NCBI GenBank assembly: GCA_965645245.1
Contig: OZ287068.1
Location: 1,984,001-2,048,000 of the forward strand
DNA: 64,000 nucleotides
Source: Massalongia carnosa
Lineage: Eukaryota
Direction of reading: 5' to 3'
Of the stretch, positions 61,100-64,000 are shown piece by piece. Each line of letters opens with the position of its first letter. The stretch's first letter is position 1. The notes under the pieces are model-generated. The model had not been told where the DNA came from, ran no database searches, and saw nothing but the letters and a program-made list of their open reading frames with translations. The position numbers and the translations under genes are program-made.

Positions 61100-62433
61100 T
61101 TATCCCGCCCTTCCGGATCCTGTCGCTATGCGTTCCTCGCAACAGCGTCTACCGTTCGCAAAGCGCTGTTCCCCTCTAGCTTCAAAGGATCCGGCTCCTC
61201 CCGAGAGCCAGCGAGTACGCCACCCCCGGCACTCTCTGGATCGGCGCTGAGGCCCGAATGGACGCTGCCAAGACGGAACGCGTTCTCGCCCTGATGTCCC
61301 GGACTGGGAAAGGGGTGGTTGCGGCGATTAAAGGCGGACGAGGTGCGGGAGTTGAGGAGGACGTGGAAGGAGGGGAGGGAGGCTACGATGACGGCTATTT
61401 GGAGATGGACGGGTTAACGATTAGGTGAGAGAGGGAGAACCTCGTAGGAGTGATTTTGAGCCAAAAAAAAAACGGTGCGGCTTGCCTACGCTGGCTTCGG
61501 TCATGGACCACAGCGCCAGCCAGATGGGATCGACGTGGTCGAAGGCGGGGCTGGTCTCGATGACACGGACGATGGCGAAGATCATGATGATGATCCCGAG
61601 CGAGAACACGGCCGCTAGCGCGCACTTTTGCTTTTTGTTGATTTGGAGGTTCCAGAGTAGACGGAGGGGGAGAGTCATGACTTTGTGATGTGGAGTTTTA
61701 GTATAGGGGAATTCGGGGCGGAAGCGATTTCTTACTCAGGAGGTCGCATGTCAAATCGGCGGCTGTAGAAGTGTAGAGGCTGAGATTCGAGACGTAGATG
61801 TCTCTTTTCGTTTGACAGGCGCCTGTTTTTAAGGGTTGTCAGCGATAAGCTCGGACGGGGTATGGTTAGGTGTCTACCTAAAACAAAGTAATAAGACAAC
61901 GGCTTGCAGGATCCCAAGTTCATGCCCTGGCAGCTAAGATACGCTAGCATCGTGAATCCACACACGCCGTGCCACATCATCATGCTCCTTGGCAGCCCCA
62001 CCATTAATTTCTTATAGAACATGAGAAATGAGAACTTGACGGCCCACAGGCTTGTCCAATACAGGACGATGATGGCGAATTGCAGCCTCAGGAAGAACTC
62101 GGCTCTTGTCACGAAGCCAAGCGTCAGGCTTTCTTCCCCATGCTCGATATGGATGGCCTCGAACATGATCGGGATTGCGTATGTGTATAGTGCGCCGATT
62201 GCGATAAGCACCACCAGCGCGAAGTAGACGCATGCATCGTCGAGGAACAGCCGGTGGAAGACATGAATTCGAATTGCTGTTCGGAGTATTACGAAGATAA
62301 TAGCGAGACCGATGCCAGTCCATATGATACCCTGGAATGTAGGTGAGCGGGAGACTTGGGAAAAGCTCATGAGGAGGAGACTGACAAGGAGATTCGACGG
62401 CGTGAGTCCGCCAATACCACCCACAATTGACAT
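61100..62433 (-). CDS. PTH11-like (fungal rhodopsin-domain) membrane receptor without CFEM, multi-exon
   Basis: FVILRTAIRIHVFHRLFLDDACVYFA, LYWTSLWAVKFSFLMFY, MTLPLRLLWNLQINKKQKCALAAVFSLG, LWSMTEASV|AVIVASLP. The stop position is tentative. Confidence 0.88.
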
Positions 62434-63774
62434 CGTAGCATGTTGTCGAAAAGGTATGGTTGCGCCCAAGGGTTCTAGATATGGAGAAGAGCAATAAGAG
62501 AAACAAAGTAAACATTGTCATTGTATGTCTTTCATTCCGCAAGCAGCCCTTGCATGGAGAAAGTCCCATAAAGGTAAGCCATCGGTAAGTTGCAGACCCG
62601 ATCCAACGTGAAAGAAATCCTCATGAAAATAATGCCATAGACATCGTTGCTTTGGCTCGACAAGATAAAAGAAACCGGAGGTCGGGCTTGGAAGGAGTGA
62701 CGGGTCGTCATGGAGAGTTTCCACATCGACTACAGGGGGGAACGACAGATTTAATTCAACGAGCTATCTTCACCGTCTAAACCGCAATGACAGCTATACA
62801 CGCGGATAATAAAGCCACCTGAAACTCAGAATGAGTGTTTATAGCCTTCCGCCCTGTAGCACTTTCTCAGAGAAGGTTAACTCCAAATCCAGCTCAAACT
62901 AACCGCTCGAAGTCAGACGAGGTCGAACAGTTAAGTGTGAGTTACTGCTCGCCAGGAACACTTCTAGCGTCAACACCACATGATGTTGTGGAGGTATGAA
63001 GGCAGGGCTTAATGCAACGAGAAGATCACTCGCAGAAATTATACATACGGATCAGTGTATTCTGTTATGATCCAGCAAGGAGCAGATCGCGGACAACTGA
63101 CTGCTTCTCTTTTAGCTGTGCCGAATCCAACAGCTCAATGGCCGGGAGTGTTCAGTTCATATTTGGGCAAGCTGAAAGCCAGTTGTTTTAGTTCTGATCA
63201 TCGTTCACCTTGGATCAGCGGTCCCCGAGAATATGAAAATTAAGCGCGGTATACACAGAAACGGATACCAAAGGATACATTTACCAAGGAGGGGAGAATC
63301 ATTTAGATATTTCCATAACAGTGTAAAAATGCGCAACTGCCGCGTGCGGTTTTCTGCACGAATTACAATCTAAAATTTAAAGGGTTTCTCCTAGGACCTT
63401 CGCCTCTTTGACTCTTATCTCAATTTTTATCTCATCCAATGATTCTCCTTAGAGATTTAAGACTTTTGGTGGGTGGCGTCGGCGGCGACAGAAGGTGGGT
63501 GCTTAGTGCTCGGAGTTAATTTGTATTGGGGGATAGTGGCTGTAATATGAATCTGTTGTTGATGCCTAAGTTTCTTGAAGGGAGCGCGTGGCATAGGCAT
63601 TTATCTAGAAGGTTTAGAAATCGCGATAGTGAGGGCTGACTTGCTGCACCACGACCGCTAACAAGACACCATAGTCCTTGCTCCTATCTCAAGCTTCACT
63701 GACCATCCGGCAAGGGGTTTCTGAACAAAAAAACAAGTCTAAGTAACCAATAGTTACCATTAGACGCATTTGAT

Positions 63775-64000
63775 TTATCCGCTCATAGATTCACCTAGCC
63801 CGAACATAGCCATCGAGTTATTCCACGCCGCTTCGCAGACCTCCTCAACCGGCAACCCCTTGATGCTCGCAATGGCATAGGCTACGTGCACGATACCAAC
63901 CGGCTCGTTTCGCCCTTTGACCATTAGGCCCCGCTCCCACTTCTCCTTCTTTACAGCACGCGGCAACGCCGGCGCTGCAACTTTATGCTTGGCCGACGCG
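63775..64000 (-). CDS. TatD-family nuclease, C-terminal part (gene starts beyond the window)
   Basis: KKEKWERGLMVKGRNEP...VAYAIASIKGLPVEEVCEAAWNNSMAMFG is typical of the eukaryotic TatD C-terminus. Confidence 0.88.
   Translation of the reverse strand, partial: ASAKHKVAAPALPRAVKKEKWERGLMVKGRNEPVGIVHVAYAIASIKGLPVEEVCEAAWNNSMAMFGLGESMSG

Noticed and set aside
1..64000. Starship giant element or secondary-metabolite cluster
   Set aside because: No DUF3435 tyrosine recombinase, PKS, NRPS or terpene synthase was seen; most genes are conserved housekeeping loci.

Overview
Gene-dense, intron-containing filamentous-ascomycete (Pezizomycotina) DNA; a lichen-forming fungus is possible but that is a guess from gene content. 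Recognisable host genes are ALG14, IMA1, an RgsA-type RGS protein, RUS1/DUF647, a DUF6536 membrane protein, ATX1, chorismate synthase (ARO2), lipoate-protein ligase, a frameshifted deoxyribose-phosphate aldolase, RTT106, an MHYT sensor, CIA1, a PTH11-like receptor and the end of a TatD nuclease. There are also several orphan and secreted-protein genes. The accessory DNA is a set of nested mobile elements. At 25.3-31.4 kb, two inverted copies of one 519-bp solo LTR, each with its own 5-bp TSD, bracket an internally deleted AcademH-like transposon (DUF6589-type transposase convergent with a RecQ-like helicase); another solo LTR sits in the transposase intron. A decayed Tc1 element lies at 35.5-36.8 kb. 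A 2.6-kb IS630/Tc1-like element at 53.0-55.6 kb has ~150-bp TIRs, a second convergent ORF and a nested solo LTR. An orphan three-exon gene at 57.9-59.3 kb carries SILK, RVxF and hydrophobic-pair motifs suggesting a PP1 phosphatase regulator. All family assignments come from motif recognition by eye, with no database searches; exon boundaries are manual predictions.
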